Shown piece by piece: positions 27,511 through 41,970 of a DNA stretch of 64,000 nt. The stretch lies in assembly GCF_009914755.1 (NCBI RefSeq), contig NC_060928.1, one strand, 5' to 3'. Every line of letters starts with the position of its first letter. Position 1 is the stretch's first letter. Made by a program: the position numbers and the translations under genes. This DNA comes from the human T2T-CHM13v2.0 reference genome, Homo sapiens. Below the pieces are notes generated by a model that made no database searches, was not told the DNA's origin, and worked only from the letters and a program-made list of their open reading frames with translations.

Positions 27511-30299
27511 TCAAATGCTTTAAAGTACTCAGAAGGCTAGAGGATCTAACCTAAATTGTTTGTAAGGAATGGAGAAGAGTAGAAATAAAAGGTTTCTTAA
27601 GGCAGTGGTAGGGAAAATAATAAAGCTATTTCTATATTCTATAAAATCCTAATGAATTTGGTCTATTTAATACATAAGTTACATATAGAATTGTATTGGA
27701 AAGCATTAATATCGTTATTTTTAATACAAAATGGGCAATCGTCAGTCCTCTTCCTTCTTATTAAAACCGTGCCCCTTCATCTTCTATTCTTTTAAAAGTC
27801 ACAAATTCAGTGTTCCACCTTTATCTTTCTAAGGGCTGTTTCCTGATCTGAACCCAGATTAGCAATTACGTTAAAATTAGTGTAAAGAAAAGGCATTATA
27901 CAAATTTATTCTATATAGATAGTGGTTAAAATCCTTAATGAGTTATTATGCTAATAAACTACACTTGCTAGATGCAAATTAAACATAAAAAGCATTCAAA
28001 TTAGTATGTTGATGTTGTTTTTAATTTGTTTTATGTGCTTACACTAGTTAGTTTAATTTTGGAGACTTACTTTTTCACCTATAAAAATGAGGAGTCCAAG
28101 TATGTTAATGGTAAGATCACTTCCAAATACTATGTTTTGAAAATATAAGTTTATCGTATAGCAATCATACACAAGAAATAGAATGTTCTTCATAAACAAT
28201 CAATTTCAATGTATTATTTGCATGTAAGAGCATGTCATTATTGTATGATAATTTATAGTTTAGAGGGAGTCCTTTTGCAAATAAAAAATTGAGGCTTAAA
28301 GAAGCAGACATATGATTTTTAGACAGAAAAAATATAAAATTATTCATTGGAACTAGGTTTTTATTTTGTTCAACCGGATATTTAGTCACTCTGACTAGGC
28401 TTCAGGAAAACTATTAAGCAGGTGGAGGAGAAGAAACCTACAAAAAAGACTTAGTTGGAGTAGATAGAGAGATTAAAAGAAAATTGAGAAAATGGGTTGT
28501 CATGAATGCCAACAGAAAATAACATTTCAAGAAGGAAAGAGCAGTCAACATTAGAAAATGACTATCAAGTTAAGGGTACACAACATTCCCTTAACTGTAT
28601 TCTGACTGTTATCAGTAGAGATGTAAGTTATAATTTTTAACAATTACAAATGTTAATTCAATTACATAATGATACTTTAATAAAATACCATAAAATAATT
28701 TAGCTTTCCAAGAAAATTCATCATATTCAAACTTTATGAGGTGTATTTACCCCTATAAACCAAAATTACACCGTTGAAATGGCATAAAAATGTTATGATG
28801 GAGCTCCAGAAAAGCAAGCTTATTATTGTTATTATATCTTCTGATAATATACATACTTTTGTGAATCTAAGTATATTTTAAATAAATGTTGCCACTAAAT
28901 ATCTCTGTACAAGACAGTAAGAATTTTAAAATTAACAGGATTAACTCGTGTGCCTTTCTAAGGGGCTACCAAACTTAAAAGAATGTTTCACATAGTGCAA
29001 TTATATATATCATAATGATTATGCACGTACCATCACATTAAAGAAGAGTCAAAGAAGAAATGTTGGAAAGTGAGCTCTGAATTCATATGATTATTCCACA
29101 GTGATTAGATCTCATGTTAGAGAGCTTTCTCATTAAAACCAGAAGTCAGTGGTCCAGTACATACATACTTTTAAGAGAGGAAAATGCAGTCAGAGAGAGA
29201 GAGAAAATGATTGATATGATGTACATATGGAGTCTATTTAAAAACTAATAATATAGTAAAGTCTCCTCAAGTCCTTCTCTGCCTCACTACTCTTATAATT
29301 TTCTGCAATTAATGTGTTCTTAAAATTTATGAAAACACAAATCTGGCCAAAAGATATGAAACAGATAAATGAGAGATATCTTCTGCCTAGTACAGGAGAA
29401 ATATTTAAGGGTGAGTTAATGTAACTGAGAAATTATTTTCTCCTAGTTTAGAAGGGAAGAGAGGCCCACAGAGAACTTTCAATAAGAAATAAAAAGTATA
29501 TCAAGTTTAGGATAGAAGTACCAAAAAAATTAAAAACAAAGATAACTCTGAATTAGATACAGTTGGATGTTTGATGATATAGTTTCTTCTTTGGCTGGCT
29601 TTCAAGTCAGAAGCTTTTAAAGTGGAGTATTTAGGGGTATTAGAAGACTTTCCAAGGGCAAGCCAGTATATTCAGCACAGAAAAATTTCAAGGTGTTGAG
29701 TGACATTTTGAAATAGAAACTAAAAACTTCCTTTTTCATATATTAATTTGTTTGGAAAAGATTTCTATAAAGTAAAAAAATACAGAAATTAAATCTTAAT
29801 GCTAAACTCTACCTCATTTAAACCATAATTAGTACTGACCCATGGATATCTAAATTATTTTTTTAAAAGGCTCTATCCATAACATTGTAAGCTGCATTTG
29901 TAGTAAAACTTCATTTTTATAGACACTGAATCCATAGATCGTATACTAATCGAATCATGACTCAATTCAGAAAAAAAGATTTTATACCTAAAACTTTATA
30001 GTCACTGGTTATTTAAAAAGGATTGTAATTTTAATTTGTATGCATATTTTTGATGCAAAAATACTTTGGTGATCAAGAAAAGACTTTCAAACACACATTT
30101 CTATTGTACTTGAATTACAATTGTGTGAGGTTGGGGCGGAATATAAATATAGTTCAAGCATAAAATAAAATGATATAAATATTCTACCTATTAAAGCATG
30201 AGGTCAAATCACTATGATATTTAGATTCTAACAGATATATTTTTAAAAGTGACTTGACAATATTATTTTAAGTTATCAATATTTACAACACAATATACA

Positions 30300-30825
30300 T
30301 ATGTCAGTGCCGACGCCCACTCAGGAAAATGAAAACCATTCCTAAAATTTTGAAAAGAGGAGAATTTAATATTGTGGGTTGATCACAAAGGCGCTAGAAG
30401 GAATCAAAGAGCAAAGGATGAACAGAGTAGGACATTGGAAAAGCAAAAAGAAAAAGTAAAACACAGATATCAAGTGTTACTGATGTGTCAGTTGATTGTA
30501 TCTGCCAGACGTATGCCCCTTGATCAGACCTGGAATTGCCAAAAAGTTGCTGCCCGTGCCCTAGCTGCTGGGATCAAGAATCGCCTACTGCCACTGCTGC
30601 TGCAGCCACTGAAATAACCATTTAAAGCAGACGGCTCTTCTCTTTCTTTTTCTGTCTGATATCTTCAGTGGTTTCCCTCAGGTGGAAATTATGGAGAAGC
30701 CAGATGGCAAAGGAGCCTGGGAAATCTGGTTTGCAGATTCCCATCCCTATAAGGCTCACAGTATATAGCAGAGTAGAAAATGGTATGTATAGGTTTAAGA
30801 GAAAACAGGTAATGATCAGTACTGT
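30300..30825 (-). mobile_element. ERVL-type LTR (LTR41/LTR33-like)
   Basis: agaagccagatggcaaaggagcctgggaaatctggtttgcag...agcagagta...aagagaaaacaggtaa. Confidence 0.55.
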
Positions 30826-31659
30826 CTGCAAATTGCGCCCTTTACAATTTTCTAAATGATTGCAAAATTAATATGTCAATTATAAATGTAGAAAGATACA
30901 TACTTAAAAAATTCCTTTGGGGTTTATATGAAGAAAAAAGCTTGATGGTTATTACAATGGAAGATTTATTTTATATAAAGAACATGACTGGTAGTTTTGG
31001 ATTTAAAAATAATCTGTTCCTTCAGCCTAATTTTACCTGAGCGTTTCCACCACCTGGAAATTAAATCTCTTCATGCTAACTGATTATCAAATGCTAAATT
31101 ATATGACAAGAATTTTACTCCCCAAGGAAAATAGATCCAACAATGGAAGAAAGCCAGAACCCAGGAAAATGGAAAAAAAGGAGGAATAAGTGGACTAAAT
31201 TATAAATCTGTAAAATTAGGATAAAGTACTATACTTAGCATGTAAGTATTAATAGTGATGTTTCCATGTTAAAATATAGCACCATTGAGAGTCCTATCTC
31301 TCAATTTCTAAACTTCTAGTATAACACTAGGCTTTTCTTGTCACTGTGCCCACCCACGTGGTTTCATGAGAGTAAAGAATGTTTTTGAAAGTAGACATAT
31401 AATATTGGAGTATAATAAGATACTATTTAGTAATTATAATGCCAATAATGTCATTTTCTGAGAAAGAAAATGCTCCCAAGACTAAACAGAGTAAATCAGC
31501 TGCTTGGGACTACACAGCTTTCCTAATTTTTATGGTTGACACAAAGTTTGGCAATTCTTTAGTTTTACTAGGTAAATGAATTTCTATGATGGGTATTTTA
31601 GTTCATCAATGCATTAACAATAGAAAGCATATATTTACCGGGAGGCTTTATAAATATTT

Positions 31660-31968
31660 TATTTTATTATTTTATTTATTTATTTAGAGATGGAGTCCCA
31701 CTCTGTTGCCCAGGCTGGAGTTCAGTGGCGCAATCTCGGCTTGCTGCAACCTCCGCCTCCTGGGTTCAAGCGACTCTCCTGCCTCAGCCTCCCAAGTAGC
31801 TGTGATTACACGCACCCACCACCATACCCGGCTAATTTTTGTATTTTTAGTAGAGACAGAGTTTCGCCATGTTGGCCAGGATGGTCCTGAACTCCTGACC
31901 TCAGGTGATCTGCCCGCCTCAGCATCCTAAACTGCTAGAATTACTGGCATGAGCCACTGCGCCCTGCC
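31660..31968 (-). mobile_element. AluSx (antisense, full length)
   Basis: Alu sequence with gacctcaggtgatc; TSD tataaatattt at 31649-31659 and 31969-31979. Confidence 0.95.
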
Positions 31969-32074
31969 TATAAATATTTCAAAACATATGCCACTTAACA
32001 TGTGTTAATCACATGCCATGGTCAAAGTGCTATGGAGGGATGCAAGTGTGAATAAGACATAGACATTGATCATG

Positions 32075-33900
32075 AAAACATTTTGTTGATGGTCTCTATG
32101 TGCTATGCACTGTGCTAGGCACTGGAGATACAAAGATAAATAAAACATGGTTCTTGCCCTTGAAGAGATCTTGTCTTAATGAGAAACACAGAGGTTAAAC
32201 TAGACACTTATAATACAATGCACTAGGTGCAATGATAGAGAAGCACTAAGAAAGCAACAAGGAAGGTAGAGTAAAGGTAAATTTCCTGAAGGAGGAGAAA
32301 TATAGCCTGATGACAAAATAACAGGTAGTAATTATCTAGGTAAAGAGGGATTGGCAGAAAGTGAAGGACGTCTACTGACAGACACAAGAGTAGAAGTAAA
32401 GGTAGAAAGGTTAGAAACAGCATGGAAAGCAGGCCAAAATTTATGAGAATTTTGCAGCTCTCCAAGCAAAAAGTGATGAGAATCTATCCTACCATACTAA
32501 TGTTGTGAAGAGAATGAAAGACAGGAAATCAGAGATAAAAAGGAGGTAGGATAAACAGAATTTATTGGCTAAAGTGAGGAGAAGGGAGAAGTCTGGAATA
32601 ATTCATCAGTTCATAGTACAAATACATAAAAGGGTGGTTGTGTAACTAATTGGGACAGAGATTGCTGAAAAAGATTTAGAGGAGGAGGACAGTTTAGAAT
32701 AGGGTGAGTTGGATATGTAGCATTCTGAAGCTCACTGTGAAAGTGCCATAGGAGGTATACATTTGGGAGTCAGCAACCTGTGGGTGGTAGTTGAAATCAT
32801 GAAAGTACATCAGATTGCCAAAAAGAACACATGGAGTAAGAGGATCACTGGGCTAATCTTAGGATGAAACCCAGAGAAAGCTGTCACTTAAGAATTGACA
32901 AAATAAGAAGAATTTATGAAAAAAAATAAGAAAGTTTCAAAAAATAAGCTATGACTAGCAATGTCAGAACTATTTGAGATGTTGATGATAAGAACTGCCA
33001 AATGTTCACTAGATTGGCCATTTGGGAGTTGTTGGTTACCCAAGCCAGAACTCTTTTGGTAGCATAGTGGGAGAAAAAGCCAGACTGCAAAAGATGATGG
33101 AAAAACTTGGATGTGAAAAGGTGAAAATGACATGCATATGTATTATTTTTTCAGAAATTTTAGATGGAGAGGGGAAGAAAGAGATAATAATTGGAAGGGT
33201 CATTGGTTTTGGTAGAGTTTTTGTTTGTTTTTAAGTTAAAACAGAGACTTGAGTAAAATTATAAGCTAAGGAAGAAAAAGAAAGAAGGAAAATGTAATAT
33301 AAGAAAGTCAGTTAATATGTGAAGGATAAATATCCTGGAACAGATTCAACTCCATCAAAAATGATTAAACTGAAAATTGATTTTAATGAGGTAAAGATGT
33401 TACTTTGATACTGAATATAATATAATGAGAATGTGTATGTTAATAATAGATAGGCAAGAGAATGGAAAATTGACAAAGATACTTTCTTATTCCTTCAAAT
33501 TTATTGATAAAAATTGGAGATTACGTATGTTGACAGTGATGGGGACATGTATTATGTAACAGTCTACAGGAGAGTGGTGAAGATTGAAATAGACATTGAG
33601 GAAAGGGAAAGTGACTGCTAAATCAGAACAGATAAAAGAATAGATCAGTGGCACTAAAGACTGAGTGGAGGTTTATATGAAACTGACACTTTTTTATTGC
33701 TGCTAGTTTACACAACAGTGTGACTTTCTTCAGCTGAGATTGAGTGCCCAAGTCTAGGAGCAGAGATGAAAATGTTCATATCAAGGTTGAGACATGGTGG
33801 ATAAACTTGGTAAGGGAATTAAATGAGATGAAAGAAGAGCTAAAATGATTAAGGAAGCATAGCCATGATCAGAGACTTAAACTTGGATAAAATTTTGGAA
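32075..33900 (-). mobile_element. L2 fragments
   Basis: ctatgtgctatgcactgtgctaggcactggagatacaaagataaataaaacatggttcttgccct followed by purine-rich antisense L2 body. Confidence 0.75.
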
Positions 33901-34079
33901 ATGTTAATTAGAAGATCAAATGAAGTTGAAAAACAGGTGAAGTATGAGTGAAGAAATGAAAGAGTAGGTTAGAAAGACATAACCAGAGACTGAAATACGA
34001 AAGTTCTAGAATTTGACCTTGAGGTTCATGGCAGAGTGTTAGAGAAAACAAAAGAAATGAGTTTAAAATAGCTCAAAAT

Positions 34080-34692
<613 letters not shown>

Positions 34693-35783
34693 CTGAATCA
34701 TGACCCAAAATGATTGTTGTAAGGAATATCTACATTGATTCTGAAATCTATTAGGAGGTTGGTCAGTTTTTGTGTGAAGAGAAACATTTAGCCAGGTCTC
34801 AAAGTTTTCAGAGAAGGAGAAGAAGATGCTATTGTGAGGTTTGTCTGGTGGAGGTGATGAGACCTCAGAAAGCACATGTAATTGACAACATAAAACAAAA
34901 CAAAACAAGAATGGAGATAGCATGAATAGAGTCTCATTAATAAATAACAAAAAACAGGTTCCTTGAGTATCTAAGAAAGGCAAAATTCCATGGCCTCTAA
35001 TAAATAGTGAAAATGATGGAAGAGAATTCCCACGCCATGTCAGCTCAAAACAAGTATATTTTTTGCCCAAGCCATGCTCAAGCTCTTGCTCTTTTTCTAT
35101 GCCTCCTGTGCTCATCCCCACTCCTATTGTCTAGGATCCCGCACACTGGGTTATTGATGTAGCTAGTCATGACACTTGGCTGATGGAGTTCATTTCAATA
35201 CCCTAGTAGCTAATGTCAATAGAACTTTCATTGATTTTCCAGTGTCCTTTAATTCGTTAGGTATTGACCTTTTATTTAAATCCCACATGACCATTCCAAA
35301 CATTTTCCACACTTTTCAAGCCTCAATTTCTAGTCCCTTCATTTTTTACACCCTCGTCATGTTCAGTTGTTAAACTCTATGGTTTACTGCAAAAGCTGTG
35401 AGAATCTAGCGTAAGTCCCTTGTGTTCTTGATATTCAACCTCAAAATCCTTCCATGATTCTCTCATCTTTAGTGACATCAAAGGCATTAGTTATGGATAC
35501 TGTTGACACATTTAATACCCATGTGAGCCTAAAAGAGTTTTGAATCCTCTCTGAGTCACAATGTCCACATCAGTGGAATGAAGCTATTGTGAAGATGAAC
35601 CAAGAAAATGAATTCAAGAATGTGTTGCAGGAAAAACAAATAGATCTTGTTGTATTTGTTGACTCGGATAGATTGGTAAAACTTCCTCAGGTTCTGTGTT
35701 TTAAAAATGTAACAGATCCAACACATATTTGGAAGGTAGTCTGATAGGATTTGCTGTGGGGAAGTGAGAGAAAGACCAAAGCC

Positions 35784-35961
35784 GAGAATAATGGTTTCCA
35801 GCTTCATCCATGTCCCTAAGGAGATATACCTAATGTAAATGTCGAGTTAATGGTTGCAGCACACCAACATGGCACATGTATACATATGTAACAAACCTGC
35901 ACATTGTGCACATGTACCCTAGAACTTAAAGTATAATAAAAATATATAAAAAAAATTTTAA
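35784..35961 (+). mobile_element. Miniature 5'-inverted (twin-primed) L1PA
   Basis: 13 bp TSD aaagaccaaagcc (35771-35783, 35962-35974); 35784-35818 is antisense L1 and 35819-35961 is the sense L1 3' terminus with AATAAA and A-rich tail. Confidence 0.93.
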
Positions 35962-36059
35962 AAAGACCAAAGCCAACAATCTCTTCTAAACTCATCCCTT
36001 TTTAATTTTGTCTTTTCAGCCACAGCAGCAGAAAACAAAAACAAAAACAAAAAAAAACA

Positions 36060-36720
36060 GCCTTTATTTCCATTTTCCCCAGCTCCACTCACTATCTTGT
36101 TCCTAGCCACAATTATCTCTTCTCTGGATTGTAGCTGTAGAGGTCCAATTACTCTCCCTTTCCACTCTTGACTGCCTTCAATATATTTTAACACAGCAGC
36201 CAGAGTGATCCAGTCATTTTCCTGCTAGAAGACTTTTGATGGGTTTCCATCCCACTCAGAGTAAAAACTGTCCTTAAAATTGTCTACATAATCTGCCCAA
36301 TCAATTCCCTTTGTGATCTCTTTATCTCTCCCTCTGTCACCATGCTCCAAGCTTATGGTACCCCTTGTACTTCCTTATACTCATTGAACTTGGCCTTTTC
36401 AATTTCTGTCTCTCCTATCTGCCTAAAATGATATTTCTCTGTCCACCTCATTTTTTTTTCAGCATTTGTTTAAAGCTTATTAGAGAGGACTGCCATTGCC
36501 ACCCTCTTCAAAAGAACAACTTCCATCCTTTGTACTACCTATCTCTCTTATTCTGTTTTATTGTTTTTTATAACACTTACAATTATTTTATTATGTACTG
36601 ACTTGTTCATTTGTCTTCCTCTGGTAAAATGTAAGCTGAAGTTGGTCTGAGATTTCATATATTTGGTTTACTACTGAAGCCTCAATATCTAGAAAATATT
36701 TGTACATAAAAGAATGAATG
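36060..36720 (+). mobile_element. L2 3' fragment
   Basis: acacagcagccagagtgatc...aaaatgtaagct...agaatgaatg. Confidence 0.75.
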
Positions 36721-37079
36721 GTGGCCACATGGCATACATTAGGTAATAACACTCCCCTAATTAATAACCATTCAATGGGATCTCATTGCTCTTTAATAAA
36801 ATCAATTAACCTACTATAGCCTACTAAATTTGGACTTTATATAAAATGTTTTTATCTTTGTTGAAAGACTACACTTTGAGCTTTTGTTCCTATTATTTTA
36901 AATATTTTGTCCATTAATTAAACAGCTTGTTATATTCAGCTACTCTCACTTTACTTCAAGTTAATTGAGAATGGTACCATTTATTGGCACAGAAGAAATG
37001 AATGAAGGAAATATTTGGCCAGGAGTTGCAGAATGTGGAATCAAAACTACTATTTTAGAAATCAGTAATAATACCCAGA

Positions 37080-37285
37080 TGCTATTCTAAAGCTTTACAG
37101 GTATTGACTCCTTACATGCTCTTACTAATTTGATGAAATAGATAGTTAATATGCCCATTATGTAGATTTAAGACATCAAGGCTTAGAGAATTTAAATACC
37201 TTGCTCAAGGTCACATAGCCAATAACTGGAAGAACCAGGATATTAGCTTAAATTGTTTGATTCCATTCTCTTAACAACTATGGAT
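37080..37285 (-). mobile_element. MIR SINE
   Basis: aggcttagagaatttaaataccttgctcaaggtcacatagc. Confidence 0.75.
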
Positions 37286-37549
37286 ATACCTCTTTGGAGC
37301 TATCCAAATGGAAAATGAAATAAGTAATCTGATATATGAGTCTGGAGTTCTGGTAAGGATATGGAATGGACACATGCATTTGAGGCCAGTCTGCATATAG
37401 ATGAAGTTTAAATTGCCCCTCTACCTTTCTTTATCCCTACTTCTCTTTTATTTTCAGTCTCTTTCAAATTCTTTGCTCCTTCCCCATTTCTTAAAAAAAG
37501 GTATTCTCTATCTTGAAAATAACCTGCTCATGTATTCTAAGCTAAATTA

Positions 37550-38075
37550 ATTAGGTGTCTTTGGTTGCAAATGACAATCCAATTGAAGTGAAAAGATAAT
37601 TTAATTCTCACAAAACTGGCCTATTCAGGGATGAGATCCAGGCTCCTTTCATCAGGCTTTGGTATCGCTTGCTCCATCTCTCAGCTGTGATTTTTTTGTG
37701 TGTGTGTTGCCCCAGTTCTCAGGCAGGCTCTCCTCTCTTGGCAGTAAAGTGACTTTTAGTAGCTCTTAGGCTTAGATTTCATCCTCTTATCTATCCCAAC
37801 ATAAACATAGATTCTCTTTTACCTGCAGTTCCAATACAGAGCCTCAGCTTTAACATTCACTGGCTCTGACTATGAAGTATTGTGTTCAAGAGGAGGCAGT
37901 GTTCTCAATGCCAGGCCTACACCACTTGCCCAGGTGGAGCACTGAGAGTAGGGGTAGCTACACGCAAAACACCTAGAGCAAGCCTCGGGGAGTAGTGAAT
38001 CCCAAGGAAAAGTAGGATGCTGTTATCAGAGGAAGGGGAAGTAGATACCAAACAGGAAAAACAAAAGATATCCTT
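37550..38075 (-). mobile_element. MLT1K-like MaLR LTR
   Basis: tctttggttgcaaatgaca...ttctcaggcaggctctc...ggatgctgttatcagaggaagggg. Confidence 0.75.
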
Positions 38076-38639
38076 CAGGGGCTTAAAAACAATAGAATAA
38101 GTTACAGGAAACTATCAATAGTTACATGTACACAAAAATTTAAATCGACAGTAATACAAAATCATAATGAACTAAATTAAACTACAAACAAAATGCTAGA
38201 AAATATTTGTAAAAGTGTAATGGTGACTTGTTTGTGTCACTGCTTCACTGCTACATGAAGTAAAAATCAACAAGAAAATACTAAGACCCCACTGGATAGA
38301 TATAAAAGATATGAACTTAGAGTTTCAAAAGGAGAAACTAGTAGGCAGTATAAATCCGAAGGCAAATATATTGCAATGGAGAAGGGCAGTTAATCATTTT
38401 TTAGAAAGTTAAGTTTATGAAATATGATTGATATATATTTTATTTTACAAAATAATGTAAATGTGTTATATATGCTTGGAATTATTTTATATGTTGTATT
38501 TCATAATAAAGCAGAACATCACCAGAATTTGATGACATACTTGTCATCAATAATAGATTTGACAACACTGCAATTAACACAAAACCCACAAGGAATTTAA
38601 AAGCATAGCTTGAAACTGACCAAATAACAACTATACTAG

Positions 38640-38860
38640 CACTGATATAGAGCTTACTTATTCCTGACACAGTCTCACATACTATGTATTTATTACCTCT
38701 CAGTACTCACAATGATAAGTACTACTATTATCTCAATGTTGTAGATGATGAAACAGAGAGAGGTGAAGTAACTTGCCCATAGTCACATAGCCAAGTTGTA
38801 GAGAATTAATTATTCAAATTCAGGAAGTTTGGCTCCAGCATCCAAGTGCTTAACTCCTTT
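38640..38860 (-). mobile_element. MIR SINE
   Basis: tagatgatgaaacagagagaggtgaagtaacttgcccatagtcacatagc. Confidence 0.8.
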
Positions 38861-39589
38861 ACCAGTTTCCAGAGAAAAACAGAGTTTTAATGTAAGTTTT
38901 GTCTGCAAAGCATTTAAATAAACCCAGTTACATGTCAGTGAGAAAAACAATACTCAAACAGTTCAGAGCTGTTTTTTTTTAAACCTGCATATTTGAAGAA
39001 GGTTCAGATAGGAGTTCAGACAGAGTATGAGTAGAAGACAAAACATAAGATTACATAGAGAAAGATATGGGGTGAGATGTAAAAGATTTGCATTTCTAAA
39101 CTTCTCGAAATTCACACTTCTTTCTCAAACACCTGTGTCTTCTTTCCATAAAAAATTAAAACTTTTAGAAAGGACTGCAATATACTGTACAGTCTATATC
39201 TCACTTCCCTCTTGCATTTAATCACACTCCATTTAGATGACATTCAGCTTTAATCTGCCTAGACTGCCTGTACTCACTTCATTTCTCAACCCTAGCTAAA
39301 CTTGCACTTTGTCCCATAAGGCTTTCAAACTACTCCCATCTCTTAGTAATCTCGTCCTCTGAGAACACCTATTCCACTTCTTTTCAAATTACCTTTGTGT
39401 AATGTTACACATCTATCTATATATATCTACATCTATATCTATAAATGGGCATATATACAATCTCAGGAAGAGAGAACGAGAGAGATGGAGGGAGAGAGAG
39501 ACCTTCTTTTTGCATAGTCCCTGTTTTGGAAATCAGAAGACTAAGGTTATGTTTACTTTGTATGCCAAGCACACAGCAGAATGCCCTAA

Positions 39590-41060
39590 ATTCATCCATT
39601 TATCTGCACATGTTTTTGAATGCATGTTGTATTCTGGGCACTGTGCCTGGCATCATAGATACAAAGGAGTGGAAGATACTTTTCCTCGGCCTTCAAAGAT
39701 CTCTAAGTGCACACGAAAAACAAATGTGTAGATAAATAATTAAAACACAGTGTGAAAAATGCCATAGGGTAATACATACAGGGTGCCATGGCAACCCAGT
39801 GGCCGAATGGCAGCTTCTGCCTGGGGAGTTGAAAAGATTTCACAGAAGAGGAGAAATTTAAGCTAGGTCTTCAGATGAGTAGGAGTATAAGAGGCAACAA
39901 TAGGGATAATTATAAAAGCATGTTTGCCTTGATAAATAGTTTGCACTTTATCATTTAGCCAGTACAAATTATAAAAGAGTTTTACAAAAGAGAAAAATGT
40001 GATTTAACTTACGTTTAAGAAAGATAGCTGAGGTAGGCCTGAGAATGCATTGGAGTGAGAAAGAGAAAAAAACAAATGGCTTTTTCAACAATCTAGGGAG
40101 GAATAATGGAATGTCTACATTAAAACAACAGTAACAGGAGACTAACAAAAAGAATGAGTCTGAGGAAAGTTAATATTCTTTATTTTATTTTATTATTATT
40201 ATACTTTAAGTTTTAGGGTACATGTGCACAATGTGCAGGTTTGTTACATATGTATACATGTGCCATGTTGGTGTGCTGCACCCATTAACTTGTCATTTAG
40301 CATTAGGTATATCTCCTAATGCTATCCCTCCCCCCATCCCCCACCCCACAACAGTCCCCGGAGTGTGATGTTCCCCTTCCCGTGTCCATGTGTTCTCATT
40401 GTTCAATTCCCACCTATGAGTGAGAATATGCGGTGTTTGGTTTTTTGTCCTTGTGATAGTTTGCTGAGAATGATGGTTTCCACTTTCATTCATGTCCCTA
40501 CAAAGGACATGAATTCATCATTTTTTATGGCTGCATAGTATTCCATGGTGTATATGTGCCACATTTTCTTAATCCAGTCTATCATTGTTGGACATTTGGG
40601 TTGGTTCCAAGTCTTTGCTATTGTGAAGAGTGCAGCTATAAACATATGTGTGCATGTGTCTTTATAGCAGCATGATTTACAATCCTTTGGGTATATACCC
40701 AGTAATGTGATGGCTGGGTCAAATGGTATTTCTAGTTCTAGATCCCTGAGGAATCGCCACACTGACTTCCACATTCTATGGCATAATAATAGAAATTGAT
40801 AACTTGGAGGAGAAAAGAAGGAAGGGTTGAGACTTGGTGAGAAATTTAGCAGAGGAAAATGAGCAGATGGACACTCCACAACAAAAATAGGGGATGCAGA
40901 AGGAAAAGCAGATTGGAAAAGGGCAACAGGGACACAGAATTTGGCTATAGGCATTTTGATTTTGTGGTACCTGAGGAACATTCTCATGGAATTGTCTAGG
41001 AACAATTAGTCAGTGAGCATCTGGAACCCAAGTGAATAATGTTGAGAATTTCTAAAAGTT
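39590..41060 (-). mobile_element. L2 fragments, interrupted by an L1PA
   Basis: ttcatccattt...gggcactgtgcctggcat...agatacaaag antisense L2 3' end, continuing past 40780. Confidence 0.65.
40179..40773 (-). mobile_element. 5'-truncated young L1PA (~PA3-PA5)
   Basis: ttatactttaagttttagggtacatgtgcac...; the ORF 40490-41005(-) C-terminus matches L1 ORF2 (EIPFDPAI...KDTCT..FIAALFTIAKTWNQPKCP). Confidence 0.96.
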
Positions 41061-41139
41061 TAGGAAACATAGGTATTTCCATCACTTCCATTATAAAAAC
41101 TTCATTGGGAATGTTGGATTAATAGGAAGATCATGCACA

Positions 41140-41970
41140 GAATGATTATTTAAGGTCCTAAATTGTTCCACCTGAGCATGGGTAAGGAGAACAGGTGTTA
41201 ATTATTTTTGCTGCGAGGGGAAATAATTTAAAAACTAGAGGGAGGAGAGGGTTAACTTTGGGAAGAGAGTTCAGAGAACCTGAGAATGTGATGAGTTGTC
41301 CCCTTTTCCACCCACACTGGAGAGGGGCATGCCAGGGGCAGTTGGGAAGGATCAGGCATTCTTCCCATAAAGTCGAGCCTATCTCTCTATGCCAGCAGAA
41401 CATGCTGCAGGGAGGCACAATTCCCACCATTCTGACCCACCATTTCCTAGGTAGTCAAACTTAGGGTGGCAAGAACACCTAAGATTCCCACAGTCTAGAG
41501 AAGGAGGAAGAGCTGGCAAGGACAAAGACCAGAGGAAATGGCCTCCTTGTGCAGGGAGAGCCCACCACCCACTGGGATCAGGAGAAGGTCCTGTTATGAG
41601 GAGCAACGCTTGTGAATGAAGAAGGGTTCTCAGCTGGGTGCCTGAAAGCCATCAAAAATGTTCCATGATCACACAAAAGAGTCTTACATATTTTCATTAC
41701 TGCAAACCAGCCTTGAAAATATATGTATGGGCCAAGAAAACTTTGCCCACCGAAGAAGAACCTCCCTGCTACAACACACCTGCCAGTGACTGCCCAGTGA
41801 TAAATGCTTGCAGGCCTTGTGAAATGAGGAGATAGCTTTGCAAAGGGGACCAGAGTAAAATACGTAAAAAGAAGGGAAGCCCTTATAGAGACTTTAAATT
41901 GGACAGTGGCTAAGACTTTCATTCTTACATGAGATTAAACAAGTAATAATAGACAGATTGAGTTTCCCAG
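41140..41970. mobile_element. Possible ancient (Gypsy-like) LTR; GC-richer block
   Basis: ~830 bp with a composition clearly different from the flanks and vague resemblance to MamGyp-type LTRs; not firmly identified. Confidence 0.3.
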
